Under the pieces are notes generated by a model. The model did no database searches, was not told the origin of the DNA, and saw only the letters and a list, made by a program, of their open reading frames with translations. 53,302 nt of DNA from Phoronis australis (taxonomy: Eukaryota; Animalia; Phoronida), in NCBI GenBank assembly GCA_002633005.1, contig NMRA01000460.1, forward strand, positions 1 through 53,302, written 5' to 3'. Positions within the stretch are counted from its first letter, which is position 1; every line of letters starts with the position of its first letter. Shown piece by piece: positions 34,501 through 49,100 of the stretch. Both the position numbers and the translations under genes were made by a program.

Positions 34501-37074
34501 CGCTTATCTGTATGACTTACATCCGCTGATGAACGCGGTGCTTCCAGCTGTCATGGGTAAACGCCGGCAAAAATCAAACGTCATCCCTTGTTCACTGTCT
34601 CGCAGGCCAGAAAACCTAATTTTCCACGACGGAACCCATCCCCGCACTCTTTTCGTTTGATATTATTGCTTTGACTCTTCCTGAACACGTTTTTTAGCAA
34701 CTAAACCAATGCCGTCCAGGCCTGGACGGCTTCCATGTTTAGACGTTTTGCCAGAGTGCAGACGATCAGTAATCACGTGACAGGATATTCAGAAACTGCA
34801 AGGCACGTTCAGAGAATCGAAAGGATTTAACCGCGAGCGTCATCTGTGCACGCTGCAACACACTCGTTCTATTTTCCTTTCGGTGCTCATTCCAAGACGT
34901 AAGTTTCAATCTTTGACGGCCACGGGCTTTTTCGACGGTTTTTAGGCTTGTGTTGGGGTTCGTTACTTTGGAGCAAATGTCGAGCAGACAATCTTAGGAT
35001 CTACTTGCCTATGCGGCTAGCTTTTTAACTTGCCCATCGGGCAAGTACTTTTCAAATTCCACTTGCCCGACGCAAAATCTAAATGTACACGGGCAATCGG
35101 GCAACCGCTGGTGTTGAGCCCTGGTTCTTCAATTGTCAGTAGTTTTTGTAGTGGTTTGACAAATACAGAAATAGATGCCAAACACCAGACTTTAAAATAA
35201 AAAATGGCCACAATGTGGTATACAAGTCGAATCCACAGAAATTGAGAAGGTGTCATCGAATCTTTAATAGAAATCTGTTTGCCAAATTTCATGAAAATAC
35301 GTCAAGGAACTATGAAGATACAACACAAAATGTAAAAAATAAAATTTCCAATAGGGGGCACAGCAGTAGTCAGCTCAGTCCAAAAATTCCATCGTGTGGT
35401 CCCACCCACGATAGAAAAAATTCTAAGGGTTCTGGAGATACGGCCACTGGGATAATACAAACACATAAAATGCTTTTGTATCTACGACATTTGTAAGATA
35501 CAGCTGCAGTCTTCAAAGAAACTCATGTCCAACATGCGTTGAGATTATTGAATAAAAATGGCCTCTTGTTTTCACCAGCACAGCTAAATCTCATTTACAC
35601 ATCTTTTCGAGTTTGAAACAAGTAAACACTAAGTATTAAACAGGTCAAAGGATGAAAGCGATGCACAATACGGATGATACTTCAAACAGTTCCCTTGTGC
35701 TCGATACTGACAAATGCCGTCCCTTTACAGCCAATCAGTCAAAACAAAAAGCATCAAAAAACAAGTGTTATGTTGTGGCACGTCATACAATTCTCATGAT
35801 ACACGCAGACGACAAGGGTGCAGACGCTAACGCAGACACATGAAGTAGACCAATAAAATTTCAGCTAAATGTGGACAATGTGTTGTTTAATCACCACAGA
35901 CAAGGAAACTGTATGGGGGTGACTTGACAGCTGAACACAGACAGGGAATATTAAAAAATGGGGATCTTAGAGTTAAGCAGAATATTAGCGTGAACCTGAT
36001 CAACTGTAGGATTTCCAACACGAGAATGATGGTAAAAATAACAGTTGCTTGCGTCCATGACTCCATGTTTCCAGACACCACATAAAAATGTGAATATTAC
36101 AGCAGAATATAAGTCATTAAGCATGGATTAATTCTATTGTTCTGTCACAGGAGATTAATTATCTCAAGCCCAGCAACAGTAACAAGCATCAGCACCACAC
36201 AAATGTATATTCACCCAAAACAAAATGTTTATTTCTCATTTTTTATCACAAGACAGACATGGCAGACGCATGTTCAACTGGGAATAGCCCACCCAGCGCA
36301 GAACTGTATCCCAAAGACCCGTGCAAAATGTTTTAATAAGTGAATAAAACCTTTACAATGTCTTCAATAGGTATTACCAATAATAAAAGTCAACCAAGTC
36401 CTTAATAATGAATAGACAAAAAAGTTTAATGGTTGTCACAGCCAAGAACAAATTATCGTTATCTTTCATTAGGCCGGTAAATGTCAACCAAATTCGATTT
36501 GGGCATTATTTATACATCATTGCATTTAATAGTCAGGTGCAATTTGTACAACTGATTAGTTCGTCCACACCACGCATGAGTAATGTATTTACAATGCTCC
36601 AGGAATTCAGCACAGTTAATTCCCACAGGCGACAGAAAAAGGCCAATGTGCCCTGAAGGTACTCGGCAGATAGTACCACCACGCTACAGTAAAGCCTCTA
36701 ATATGAGCCAAATTTCCAAGACAAGCAGGGTCTCCTACATTTTCAATGTTCCAGAGGATGACTGGCACAGGTGACTTGTAACTACATGTCATCCATTGAA
36801 GATATATGATTCAATTATTGAATGCCAGGTTTCTAATAAATACCCATCTCCAACAGAGGCCAGATGTGAATCAATGCTAACACATTAGACTTTGTCAATA
36901 TATTTACTGCACAAAACAGAAATGACGCTTCCATGAATTTGCACTTAAAAATGGTGAGAGTGTAGTGTGTATTGAAACTAATCCAGTTTCAGATTTTCCT
37001 GAAAACACATCACGCAAATGTTTGACATGTGTTAAGTCCCATTTTGATATATATATATACATATACATATACAT

Positions 37075-37134
<60 letters not shown>

Positions 37135-40100
37135 GAGTGTTTGCGGTTTCCACATATTTCAATTGCTGTTTGAAACCCTGCTTTGAAATGACTATACATT
37201 TAAAGATGGCAGTTTATGCCACGTTGCCATTATTTGAAAGATATTTTGTCCCTCATTTAATTTTTATTTCGCACCAGGCTACTTGGTAGGAATTTCATAC
37301 CTCACCTAGTTTGCACACAATCAGTTTTGCACTTTGGAAAATATCAACTGAACCCAAAGCCCTGTCATTAATTCTAATACTACACATCTCTTTAATTATG
37401 TTAATAAGGTCTAAACACTGTAGATTCAGCACTTAATTCATTCATTCACGAGATATCTCATGCTGTTGTAAATACGAGGTGAAAGGGTGACCTGGACGAG
37501 TGTCGTGTCACTAATAGAGTGTTTCATTAATGATGGGGTAAAGTGCTCTTATATTGGAACAGGATAAAGTCATTCCATTGTTGTTAAATGGATCATGTTT
37601 GGCAACACGTAAGCCACATTTCATTTAGTTCACACACGCGCAGTTGGTGATGCTTGGTTACTCAGTTAATTTTGAACACCCGTCAACTACAAAGTCAGTA
37701 TATTCGGTACATTTGGCACACCCCGACTATCAGGAAATTATTTTTAATTCATTTTGTACAAAATAACTGGAGAATTAACAGTAAGAATGAATTCAATTTA
37801 GAAAAAAAAATTCAATCAAATTTAACAAGATTGTGTCCAAGATTTCAGTATTCAAATCACAATCTGTTAATTGAAGTAGGCAGACACTTAAATAGTGACA
37901 GGGCAGACAGAGTGTGCCTTTCGTGTCCCGATGTTATTGAGGACAAATATCATTTTCTTTATAATTGTAATACATGCAGTGAAAGGTATATGGAGATGAA
38001 TTATTTAAAGCACCTTTTTCACATTTAAATTCGTTAAGCTTATGTCAACAAATGTTGTTTCTTGTATGGCCTTTATCACAGTCATAAAATTGATTTTGTT
38101 TTAATTCTCCCCCCACACACACGCCATTTGATAGAAGAGAATAGCCCAAAGAAAAATGCACATCCTCACAGACTGATATGTTAGGCTCTTTGCTATAAAA
38201 TTTGAGCTTGCAGCATTCTCATATCAGAGGTCACACTGGTATCATGACTTTACAATGGAAAATAAGAAAACATAAATGACGCCAAAAAGAGGACCTGGGG
38301 TTACGTAGGACCTCATTGACAAGACTGCATATTAAGCCAAATATCTACCAAACAAGAGATTTCAACCCAATAAAAGTATATTTTCTGTAGGTAGAAATGT
38401 GTATTATTTATTTATGTTCCTGTTCTCTTTGTTTTTTCAATGAACATCAGGCAGATGTTATATTGTGTACCTATACAAGAGCATGACTCCTTATGAGTGT
38501 ATGTAGTTATGTTCTTGTTCCCTTAAGATGCATAAGAGGACTTGAGAAAGCTGAATGAATAGGCAGAGCCTAGTATTAATGCTTTTCCGATGCCCTACAA
38601 TTAGGAACCACAAAAATGCGCCTTTACTCCCAAACACAATGCATTTCTTTGTTGTCTATGGATGCTGGTGGCTATGTTTTACATAAAGGTAAAACATTTT
38701 CTACTCCCGCTCGGACATAAGGCGCAACAGTTTCTCAAAAAAAGAAATAAGAATCTCACTCAAATAAGATGGGACAGAGTGAAATTTGCAATGACACTCA
38801 CCAACAGTGTCGACAAAGGACACCTTATACTCGAGCAAGTCGGAGCCCGAGTTCATCTTCTTCTTGAGCAAATTGACCACGTCCAGCCCCGGCTGAACTG
38901 TGCGGGTGTTCTCTTCCTTATCCACCTCTTCTACATAAAAGATCACACCTAATCTAAAAACGAGAGTGTACAAAGAACGTCACACAACTGGACAGAAACT
39001 AAATCATATGACATAATTAGAAACGTGATACAAGACCACAAGACCACAGCTAACTCACCTAATAACAGCTCAGAGCCAAAGAACACTTGTCATTTTATGA
39101 TATCGTGGCTATCACATATAACACATTTAAAAAAGGCCTCCCCGTGTATCTTACAAACAGTACACCATAATAAACTTCCACTTAATGAAAAATAGTAATT
39201 GGTACATAATCATGCAATAATCAGTCCAATATTACAAATGCAAGATTGCTTAACCAAGTTATATCTAACAGGGGCTGGACATATTTTTAGGCTTAGAGGC
39301 CATATTTCTCACAGGTTTGGAGACGCAGAAAAAAGAAATTTAGCACTTAAAACAGAATTTAAATATACTATCTCCTTTGGTTTCATATCACTTTAAAACA
39401 TTATGCAAATAACGCTTTTTTCTGAACATATAATGACTACACAGCCCATTTAATGTTCGTTAATAAACTCTCACTGCGCCAAAATGCTTCATGTTCTGTG
39501 CATTCATGAGTTCAAAACTCATTATTCTTTATTTGCATAGTAAAGTTGTTAAAAATGGCTCTATTGGGTCTGTTACACACACATGCACAGGAAGCGATTG
39601 CGACACACTAATTAATCAAATTACCAACCTGTCCAATAAGAAGCTAACCTACTGCAATGCTTGTCACCAACTTCAACATTCTTGTAAGACATTGTTTACA
39701 GGCAGCAGAAAATCTTAAGGCGGGGGAGTTGTGGCCTACAAACCGATTGCTAACCCCCCGATTTATAATCACTTTCAAGATAATGCCAAACGCAATGACC
39801 ATGTCAGTTTCTATACTCACTTTCCAGTTTTTAAGTCTGTGACGATTCGTTGAATTCGGACTTTTGTATCGCCGTCCGAGGACGTTCTATATAACACCAA
39901 TGCTAACTGGTTTTCTAAATTTTTCTAAAAACATAAAATAAATAAGTTTAATGTAAAAGTAATAATGCCACATCGCGTGAGAAAATTTCATTAAAGAAGC
40001 AAATCACTCAAAAACACAGAAAACATTAACTAGTACATAAACATAAATATCAGCTTACAAAAACCCACTGAACACACCACTGAATTTAAAGATACTTACT

Positions 40101-43100
40101 TTATTTCCTTCTGTGAAACTGTCTACATTAGTGTCGAGGTAAAGCTCAACAAGATTCTCAGCATTAGGATCTGGAAAAGGCAAACCATCAAAAAATTTAA
40201 AATCCAACTTTTCTAAAAAAATAATTGACTCCTAACCACTCAACTACTGTGGTTGTACAAAAAAACATTAAATCAGATACTGCAGTCAGTTGCTGAGTGA
40301 AACAAAAATCAAATATTCAATAGCAACTGTCTAGGAGATACAGAACAAAATGAACCCCGAAAAGGGAAAATATGATCTGAAGTTCTTAGCAAACAGAAAA
40401 TGTTAACACAATTTGATAAAACCAATGGATAAAGTTTGTTTGGTCCAATGGTTTGGTGAACAAGAGAGTAGACATTTCAATCAGGAAGGCACTATCTCTT
40501 GGTAGGATATCAAAGACAGGTGAACACACAATAGTCACTGTATACTGCTGTGTTATTTACCTGGCCAAGAGAATACGACAACAACTGCAACAGATTCACG
40601 TGTTATTTACCTGGCCAAGAGAATACGACAACAACTGCAACAGATTCACATGTTATTTACCTGGCCAAGAGAATACAACAACTGCAACAGATTCACCTAC
40701 CCCAACTAAAATGCTTTCAAATTTTCCAGTATCCACTCGCATATCTTACTGGCTCATCTTCCACCAATTTTCCACAATAAAGTTTTCATTTTCTGTAACT
40801 TCTAAAAAATTTCCTATTTGGAACAATAATAACGAATTTTTCAATTGCTTACTCCTCAAAATGTTACCAAAATCTTCTTTAGCGACCACATTACCATACA
40901 AACTATGCTAACTACGAAGTAAGATGATAACTCTTGTTAAGAAATTTGATAAAATGAAATTTCCCCTCAGCCATAAATGTATAGTACTTGTTGCCATTGA
41001 CTTTTGCCAACCATAACTAATGGCCTGAACTTGCGTCTTTACACGCATAATTATTTCTTACATCAATGAGAGTTTTCCGCAGATTTTAACACTTTCTGCA
41101 TTTTCATGATCATTCCGTGCATGGAAGCCTGTCGTCATTTTCCATGTTTTCCAGATTTCCACAACCAGCCGGAACCATGCCAAATCCTCCAAGCCTCTCT
41201 CCACTCACCTTCCTCAACCTTAATGTGAGTGTTGTCCGTACTGCTGGACCCTTCGTCATCCACTACCTTGAGCGTGAAGATGTATTGACCGGCGACCAGG
41301 CTGGTCAGCTGGAGCACTGCTTGATGGTCACTGCTGTTGAGCACCTCCTGTGAACAAGGGACACAATTAGGGACAATATGTGGTTAATTTAATAGAATTT
41401 TACATGGCGGAGGTTGACATTTCCCATATTTAGTCACCAGGTGATAATTCTTCCAAATCCCAAGGAGTCTAGATAAGGAAATAATGGCCTACAGCATGAG
41501 CATTAAGCAATAAACTCTCGAAAATCAACAAAACAAATACTCAACTTTCATCATAAATAATGATGTTAATACTATGCAGAGCAACAGATCAGATTAGCGA
41601 GCACCTTCTATAAAGTGTCACAAGCAAATTGTTATCTATCTAACTCTTTGCATTATAAAATGCAGTTATCAGTGATTTCACCCTAACAGGGAGGGACAAT
41701 CAAAACAATGTTGATGCATCAAGAATATGTTGTCCTCAGGTGCAGCACAATGACAGACAACTAAAGATCTTCCGATAGTAACATTTTCCAGCATAATCAA
41801 TGTGTTTGAGTGCAATAAGTTTGGTAAAACTGAGCAGGTATGGTAGACAAAAACTGGAAAGTGGTCTGCACAACTGGACCGTGTGCAGCCTCAGAATCTG
41901 AATAGCAAACAAGAGTAATGCAAAGAGTTAAGATGCACCCTCGACTGCACCGCATATGGTATGCTTCCAGGGGTATTCATTAGCATCATAAAAATGGTCT
42001 CTAGATGGCGCAAAATATGTCAAATCATCCAAAAATGGGAAGGTGTCCTCGTTTCCCTAATATCCCTAATAGAAAACTATTTGCCAAAATTTATGAAAAC
42101 ACATAATGAAACTCCAAAGGTAAACACTAAAAAACGGATTGCCACTAGAAGGCACAGCAGCAGTTTTCCAGTTTTTAAGTCTGTGACGATTCGTTGAATT
42201 CGGACTTTTGTATCACCGTCCGAGGACATTCTATATAACACCACTGCTAACTGGTTTTCTAAATTTTTCTAAGAACAAAAAATCGCCTCTAGATGGTGCA
42301 AAGTATATCAAATCAACCGAAAATGGGAAGGTGTCGTCGTCTCCTGAATAGAAAACCATTTGCCAAAATTCATGAAAATACATACAGAAACTGCAAAGAT
42401 AAACACTAATGAAGAACAGATTGCCAATAGAAGGCAGCAGTAGCCGCATCTGTCCACCTCTGATCAAGTCAATAAGAATGTAACTGCAAAGTTTTACACA
42501 GATCCTACAAAGGAACAAAGAGATTCAGCTGGGAAGAATCTAATTGAGGGGTGTTCAAATTTCAGCATGGTAAGTTTGGAGAGGATATTGGAGATGGTTT
42601 CCTCACCCCAGCTGCAGGACTCCTGTCGTCCCTCGTCCACTCGTATCGTACGATGCCCTTGTCATCTGTGGACCGTGACCCGTCCACTGTAACCACGGAG
42701 ACAGGCAGCTGAACAATCATATCATCACCAGCCTTAGCAACAGGTGGTTGGTTTTTGTCTGGAATCAAGAGAATGTGTAAACTATGAATGCGCATTTAGA
42801 TGAGAAAGAATGATACTCCTACCTTAGTAGACATGATAATAGTAATTTATGTTGATAACGTGATATCAATGTGATATGCGCACATTTTAACTGGGTGATA
42901 CTCAACACACGAGAATAACACTTCAAAACACCATAACAGCCTCTACAATATGGTATAAAAATGTAACAAGGTGTTGATGTTAATGTAGTAACAATCAGAA
43001 GCAAAGAATTACATTCAGAATGAGTGTGATCTCAGAAATCTTGCATAAAAACTTCTGCATGGAAAACATGTGCTTTCCTGGAAGACAAGTCCTTCACTGA

Positions 43101-46100
43101 TCTCTACTGCAGATGACGGTATCTCACGGTATCAACTGGAGAATTCTGGGAAGGGATAAATTGGGAATATGATTGGCTATCGACTCTTCTGCATAGCACA
43201 TTCAATTTGCCCCAGACAACTTTTTGTGACTTTCTGGTCTGAATCAGACAAGGACAGAACCAACTAGACTTTAGTATTGAAAAAAATTAGATGAACACTG
43301 TAAATTACAAGTATGCGTCTGTTGAATGTGAGATCAAGAGTTAAAGAATCCTGACAAAGGATGGAGATTGTACATCATAAAAACACAACAAACTGACCAC
43401 CAATGGTACAAAAATTTCTCATTAAGTCCGGTGTTCAAATTTCTAAGATGCTGTTACACCTACAAAATTGCCAAAAGAAAACATTTCATATCTGAATCTT
43501 CATTCTACACTTCAAGCAGGACCACAGCATGTGGTCTACAATGGACGTTTCTGGTAAAAATAAAGTCTCAGCTTGGAGAAATATTGCATGGAACTTGCAG
43601 TAAATGAGTGGGTATGTAAGCAAACAGGACACGAATAGATACGACTTACCTTCATCTACTGTAATGGTGACAGTGTCTGAAGATTGTTGGTTTTGACCAT
43701 TGAAAACGGTCAGTTGAAACTCATACGTTCCCAGTTTGAGATCGGACACGGTGGCCACAGCGCGGTCTGCATTGTCCAGAGTTGCCTTCTTTCCTCTGGA
43801 AATGTTAAATAGTGAGTTGTTAGATAAAAATACAAACATTTCAGGGATGCAGACTAATTTGGCAAACAGTCTACAACCTTCATGCTAAAAACCTGCATTT
43901 TGCAAACGATTTACAATATTTTTTGGAAATTTTAAATTTCTAGCAAAAAATGACGTGATATGCCCCAGAACAAAAAGGTCAATTTCAAATAATGTTCAAC
44001 TACAAGAGTGCTATTAAAAACTCTGCTTGTCATGTATCAGTACTGCAGTACACATGGCAATATCTATTACGTCTCATTGAGTTTTGTTTCACCCTAATAC
44101 TGAAATTCTGCAGCTATAAATCTCCATCCAACTCACAGGTGAATTGTAGATGGTGCTGAAGGTTGTCCAAAAGCACTCTATCACCATAGCTTATTTCATT
44201 TTGTCAGGGCTACATTTGAAAACAGCTAGTATTTTTGATTGCGGCAATAACTAAACGTTACTTTGTTTGTATCCAGGTGTACTTGGTGATTTTCTTGGCC
44301 TCTGTGCTGGCGCTGCCATCCAGAGTAGCCGTGGTAACAGGTAGGGCAATGCTGATGTCGGCACCAGCATTGGCGACGGGGGGTTTTGTGCTTTCTACAG
44401 AGTGAAATGAAAATGAGTTTAGTCAGAAAAGCGAATTTTTAATCAGCAATCGCAGTAATACAACTAAAACATCATTTACTCTAGACACTGATTTATAATG
44501 AGATGTGGTTGAAGAAGTGTGACCTGAAGAAGCTATTTTTGGATTTCCACACAGATTCACAGAGACATTTGCACAGAGTTTGCTGACAATAAATGCTAGT
44601 TACAGTATGAAATTAGCAAAGATTGATAACCAAAAATATTGAAACAGCTATTCACCATAAAACTCAAATATGTTTCATGTTAAAACTTTTAACGAAAAGT
44701 AGCTACAGTTTGGAAATTTATTGATGAATTGAGTGGAAAACTGTGTGATTACGTGAGTCAGTGTATGAATGACAGTCTAGTCCTGTTTCGTGTTTTCAAT
44801 CATGGCATACTGTATTTTGAAATGTTTGACTTTCTGTTAGTTTCAGCTGCAGCATTCGTACTCAATGACCAAGAGTTCTAACCTTAGCCCGAATACCTAA
44901 ACACAATATAGTATCAGAACAGATTTTTCATGTGAATCTCCAAATATGTTCAAAGCCTCATCCTTAATTTCTAAGTCAATTACCTGGCTTAACAAACACA
45001 TGGACATCAGCTGTGTTTGTCTGTCCGGCTGTGTCGGTCACTTTGAGTGTGAACGTGTAGTCCCCCTGCTGGAGATTGGACAGGTGAAGCTGAGACGTGC
45101 GAACACCCTGCAACAGAGTCATAAACATGTGTTGAACATTTTGATTCAAGCTTTAAAGAGATAGGCCTAAGATTAAACATCTTATGATTTGAGAAGTCAA
45201 ACACGTACATGACAGGAAAACTTCCTCATACCAACTCAACAGTTCACTAGGAACACCTTCAATAAACAGACAACCAAGTAGACTTTCATGACTAGACATC
45301 ATGAACAGACCACGACTTTGACTGTCCAATGCAAGATGCATACAGATGATCACAATAGCAAGCAAGCGTGTCTAGGGTAGCTGAGGCAACAGTCGCCGCA
45401 GTCTGGTTTCCTGAACACCCTGTGCTACCAAAGAATGACACGTATTCATCAATATGACTCGTGTATAGGATTGCCTTCATCTTTGTCTGGGTCTGAAGTC
45501 GGTAGCTTGTCTGAAATTAGTGTACTGAGGTGACGGGATGCAATTTTAATGGCATTACGTATGTTTACAAAGCACAGAAATAAACGGGGCTATACTTTAA
45601 GGTCATATTCATGTGACCTCTGTCTAGTTTTACAGTCTAATGCAAATGACCGAAGTATAAAATATGCGAATGACAGATACGGGTTAACACTGAGGCTGTT
45701 GCATTCAAGTTGGCTACTTCACATCCACCAGCAAAGGCCAAAAAAGCACAGTTGGCACTGGTTCCATTTTTTTGAAAATCGAATCAGTAGTCTAGCATCG
45801 TTTTAGCTGCACACTTTTTCAAAAAAGAAAATCCACACGAGACGAGCAAAAATGATGAGGGGATTATTTATCAGTCATCGCTTGGCACATTGTGGTGTTT
45901 CAAACCTTGCTTATCCTTGCTCAAGTGCCTTGGGGAGCTTTTAAAAACAACTCTGATGCAGGAAAATGCTTTATTTCTTTCAGTTGATGAGCACAGGTCT
46001 CAAAACGAGTCCGTGCACAAACCAAAACCAACTATGCTTCTTTGCTGGCCCAATCAAGAGTTGAATAAAATATCACTTGAATAAAAACAAATGCACTGCT

Positions 46101-49100
46101 TGTAACAAGTAAGTAAAATTGTGCACAAAGACACGGGCGCTTTTCAAACTGCATTTTGGCCTTTACCATGATAGGATTTTACTTCCATTACCAATAAAAA
46201 CATTTAAATCATCAGAGACTCAAGAAAACAATTCAGAGTTTATTGAATTTGGCCAACACTAAAATTGCCGATTCGAAAATGGCGCACGTACGCATTGCCT
46301 GTGACTTAAAGTACTGGTTCATTCGGCAGCAATTTAAGACTGGACAAGAGTGATAACGATTTGAAACCCCAAAGCGCTTCGTTAAAGAATTCAACAATTA
46401 CAGCTAAACAGGGCAAAATGCAGCCTTAATGAAAAATCCCCAATGCGTAAATTGAGGGTGAATGTACAAATGAACAATGACATTTAGAAGTAAAAATTGG
46501 TAAACATTCGACGAGGGGTGCTAATGAAGCCGAGTACAGTAATGTGCGACTACTACCAAGTACAAACTTAGCATCGAATACAAAGATGATGATATCAAAA
46601 TAATATCAGTAACTGAATAATCAGAGACACATATGACGTAAGAAATCCTGAAGAAGCATGACAACGATATGCTAACTGTGAAATTCAATTTCAAGTGATT
46701 ACTGTATCATTGGCTTAACTAGCCCTGAGCACATCAAAGCACCTGTCCCTTAGAAAGGTTCACCGCCAGGTTAAAGCCGCGGGGGGCGAAAGTATGGGTT
46801 TATTGCAAGTAACAGCAGCTCAGATCAGAGCATAACATCTGCACCAATGTCATGTAAGGAGTTGGTGCTTTAATTTTACAGCCTCAAGATTATAATGAAA
46901 TGACAACAGCCCCAAACCAATAAAAAACAAGATGCACCAACAAAATGGAAGTTAACTTCAACATTCATAAGAATGATAAAAACTGAAGACATCACAGAGG
47001 AACTCTTTGTCAAGGCTAGAACGGAAAGAATCACATAGCAAACACACAAAGCAACATCATGTCATTCAGCCAAAGGATGTCAACATTCCAGATGTCGTTT
47101 CTAAGAAATCATAAAGTGAAATATGAACGTAAATAAAAATCGTTCCTAAATAAAATTTGCATATATTTACGCGGATGCGTTTATGATCTAAAAGGAAATA
47201 AATCAATTGGGACTGTATGCCCATAACAACCTGTTGAACATTAAAAGTGCAATATCGTTTGAATGAGTAAGCTCAGCAATGGTTCTCTCACACTGCTGAT
47301 ACAACGATCAAATAATTGAAATTAGATTTACCAATAAAAGCACACCAAGCAGTAAAGTAGCCAACACTATTACTCATTTCTACACACGTGACTCACTTTT
47401 ACAAAAAAAAACAATCTTTTAGCACAAAATTTGGGTGATACTTTAGAAGATCTGTTAAAGAAATAAATGGCTGCTGGAGAGGTAGGGGGGAGGGGGCATG
47501 ACCACAGTTCTGATGAAGCAGAACATTAACTATCCCCTCAGCAGGGAAGCTTGGACAAGAGCAGTCAAAGCCCCCTCTATAGGGGCAGGTGGGAGTACTA
47601 GTCAAGTGGATGAAGAATGTGATGGTAACTTTAACAATTTCCCAGGTTTCAAACTCTTACTGTACAATGACATGCAGTATAAGCCAGAAGTACTCAAACA
47701 AATTGACCCAGAATTCCCTGTCATGATGGCTGGGCAGAAGCCGAATTCATCATTAGTATAGTCGCCCCTCATGACTGAGAATGAAGGGGAATTAACAGGA
47801 AAGTTACTAAGGTGGCTAAGATATCTCTGATTGGAACTTCGCTGCTGTAATAGTAATTACCAGTCATTTTAATGTCAATAAAATTAGCCTTCATGACAGG
47901 AAAACGGTATTTTGTCTTAATTACTTGCGTCTTGCACTGACTGTATGTTGAACCAAGAACAGTACAAACAATTTACTATGAAGCAATCAATAGTTTGAAG
48001 GTAAGTACTAAGATAAGTTCCTGTCATACCAAACTTGTTCTCGTAACATCTGCACCTGTCTTGTAAAATGCCTTGATGAAACAGGCCAGGGATGGGCAAT
48101 ATAGGCAGCTTTGGCTAAGGACAAAACTTGAATGTGTACACTGTTCATGGAATTCTTACTCAAATTAGGACAGAAAAGAATAGGTGGTTCTGGTATATGC
48201 CCCGAAAAAATTGAGACCTGCACTCACCCGACTAAAAAAAGAAACAAAAATGCCCGCCCGCATCAATTTTACCCAAGGTCTCGTGTTTTTGTGTTTCTTA
48301 TTTAAAAAGCTGCTTAGAGGCAGGTAAGCAAGGTTTAAAGCATCCTTATTTGCCAAGCAAAGAGTAAAAACAAAAACAAATCTGGCGTCACTTTAATGGT
48401 CTCAGGTGGACACTCTTTTTTGAAAAAGTGAGCAACTAAAAATACCACAACACTGACTCCATTTCCAAAAAACCACCGACCAGATCCATATATACTTTTT
48501 TTGCTTCTTTGAGTCTCCCTTGATTTATTCCCCATTTTTGCAATCATGCTGAGAACTACTTTGGTGTGACGTTGTCCATGAATGCACTTACGGTCATATC
48601 TGCAGTCAGCTTGTCGTCTGTTTTCTTAACCCACTCGTAACTTTTAATTCCCTTGTCATCTATGCTCTGGTCACCATTCAGTATTACAGAGTTCTCTGGC
48701 AGTGTTAATATTACGTCAGATCCAGCATTAGCCTTAGGTGGATAATCTACATCTGGGAAAAAGAGACAATTATTGATGACTGGAAAACTCAAGTCTTTAC
48801 ATTACTGGTTCTAACAACTCTTTGGATTCTTAACAGAATGTGCCAAAATAAACCTCTGCAACACTGAAATAATTATCATGTTTTCAACATATATTTCTGG
48901 TTAAAATGACATTCATCTCTGATTTCTGATTTCCATATCTGTACAATCCCTTTTTTTCTTCAATATGTTTGTAATAATAGCATATCTAAATATTTGAATA
49001 CTTACATTAGATACTACTTATATAGTTCTATAAATACTGACTTCATCTATCTGTCTACAATCCAGATAAAATGCCTCGCGATTTCTGGGTTTGTTATTAT

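Noticed and set aside
35887-36081. Hydrophobic 64-aa ORF in the 9.4-kb intron as nested gene or alternative TM exon
   Set aside because: No convincing acceptor or recognisable motif; hydrophobic frames arise readily on T-rich strands.
36904-37289. YIYIYI ORFs
   Set aside because: Translations of the (TA)n microsatellite.
39053-39120. gtgagt donor as candidate for the exon between 40100 and 38953
   Set aside because: The required frame contains TGA; exon 39821-39924 fits instead.
40453-40911. 152-aa ORF
   Set aside because: Spans the 50-bp minisatellite and is antisense within an intron; no protein features.
41987-42443. Repeat-spacer-repeat layout as a CRISPR-like acquisition system
   Set aside because: Only one insert, and the units are long and diverged; a single capture or conversion event explains it. 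It would need genome-wide recurrence to be called a system.
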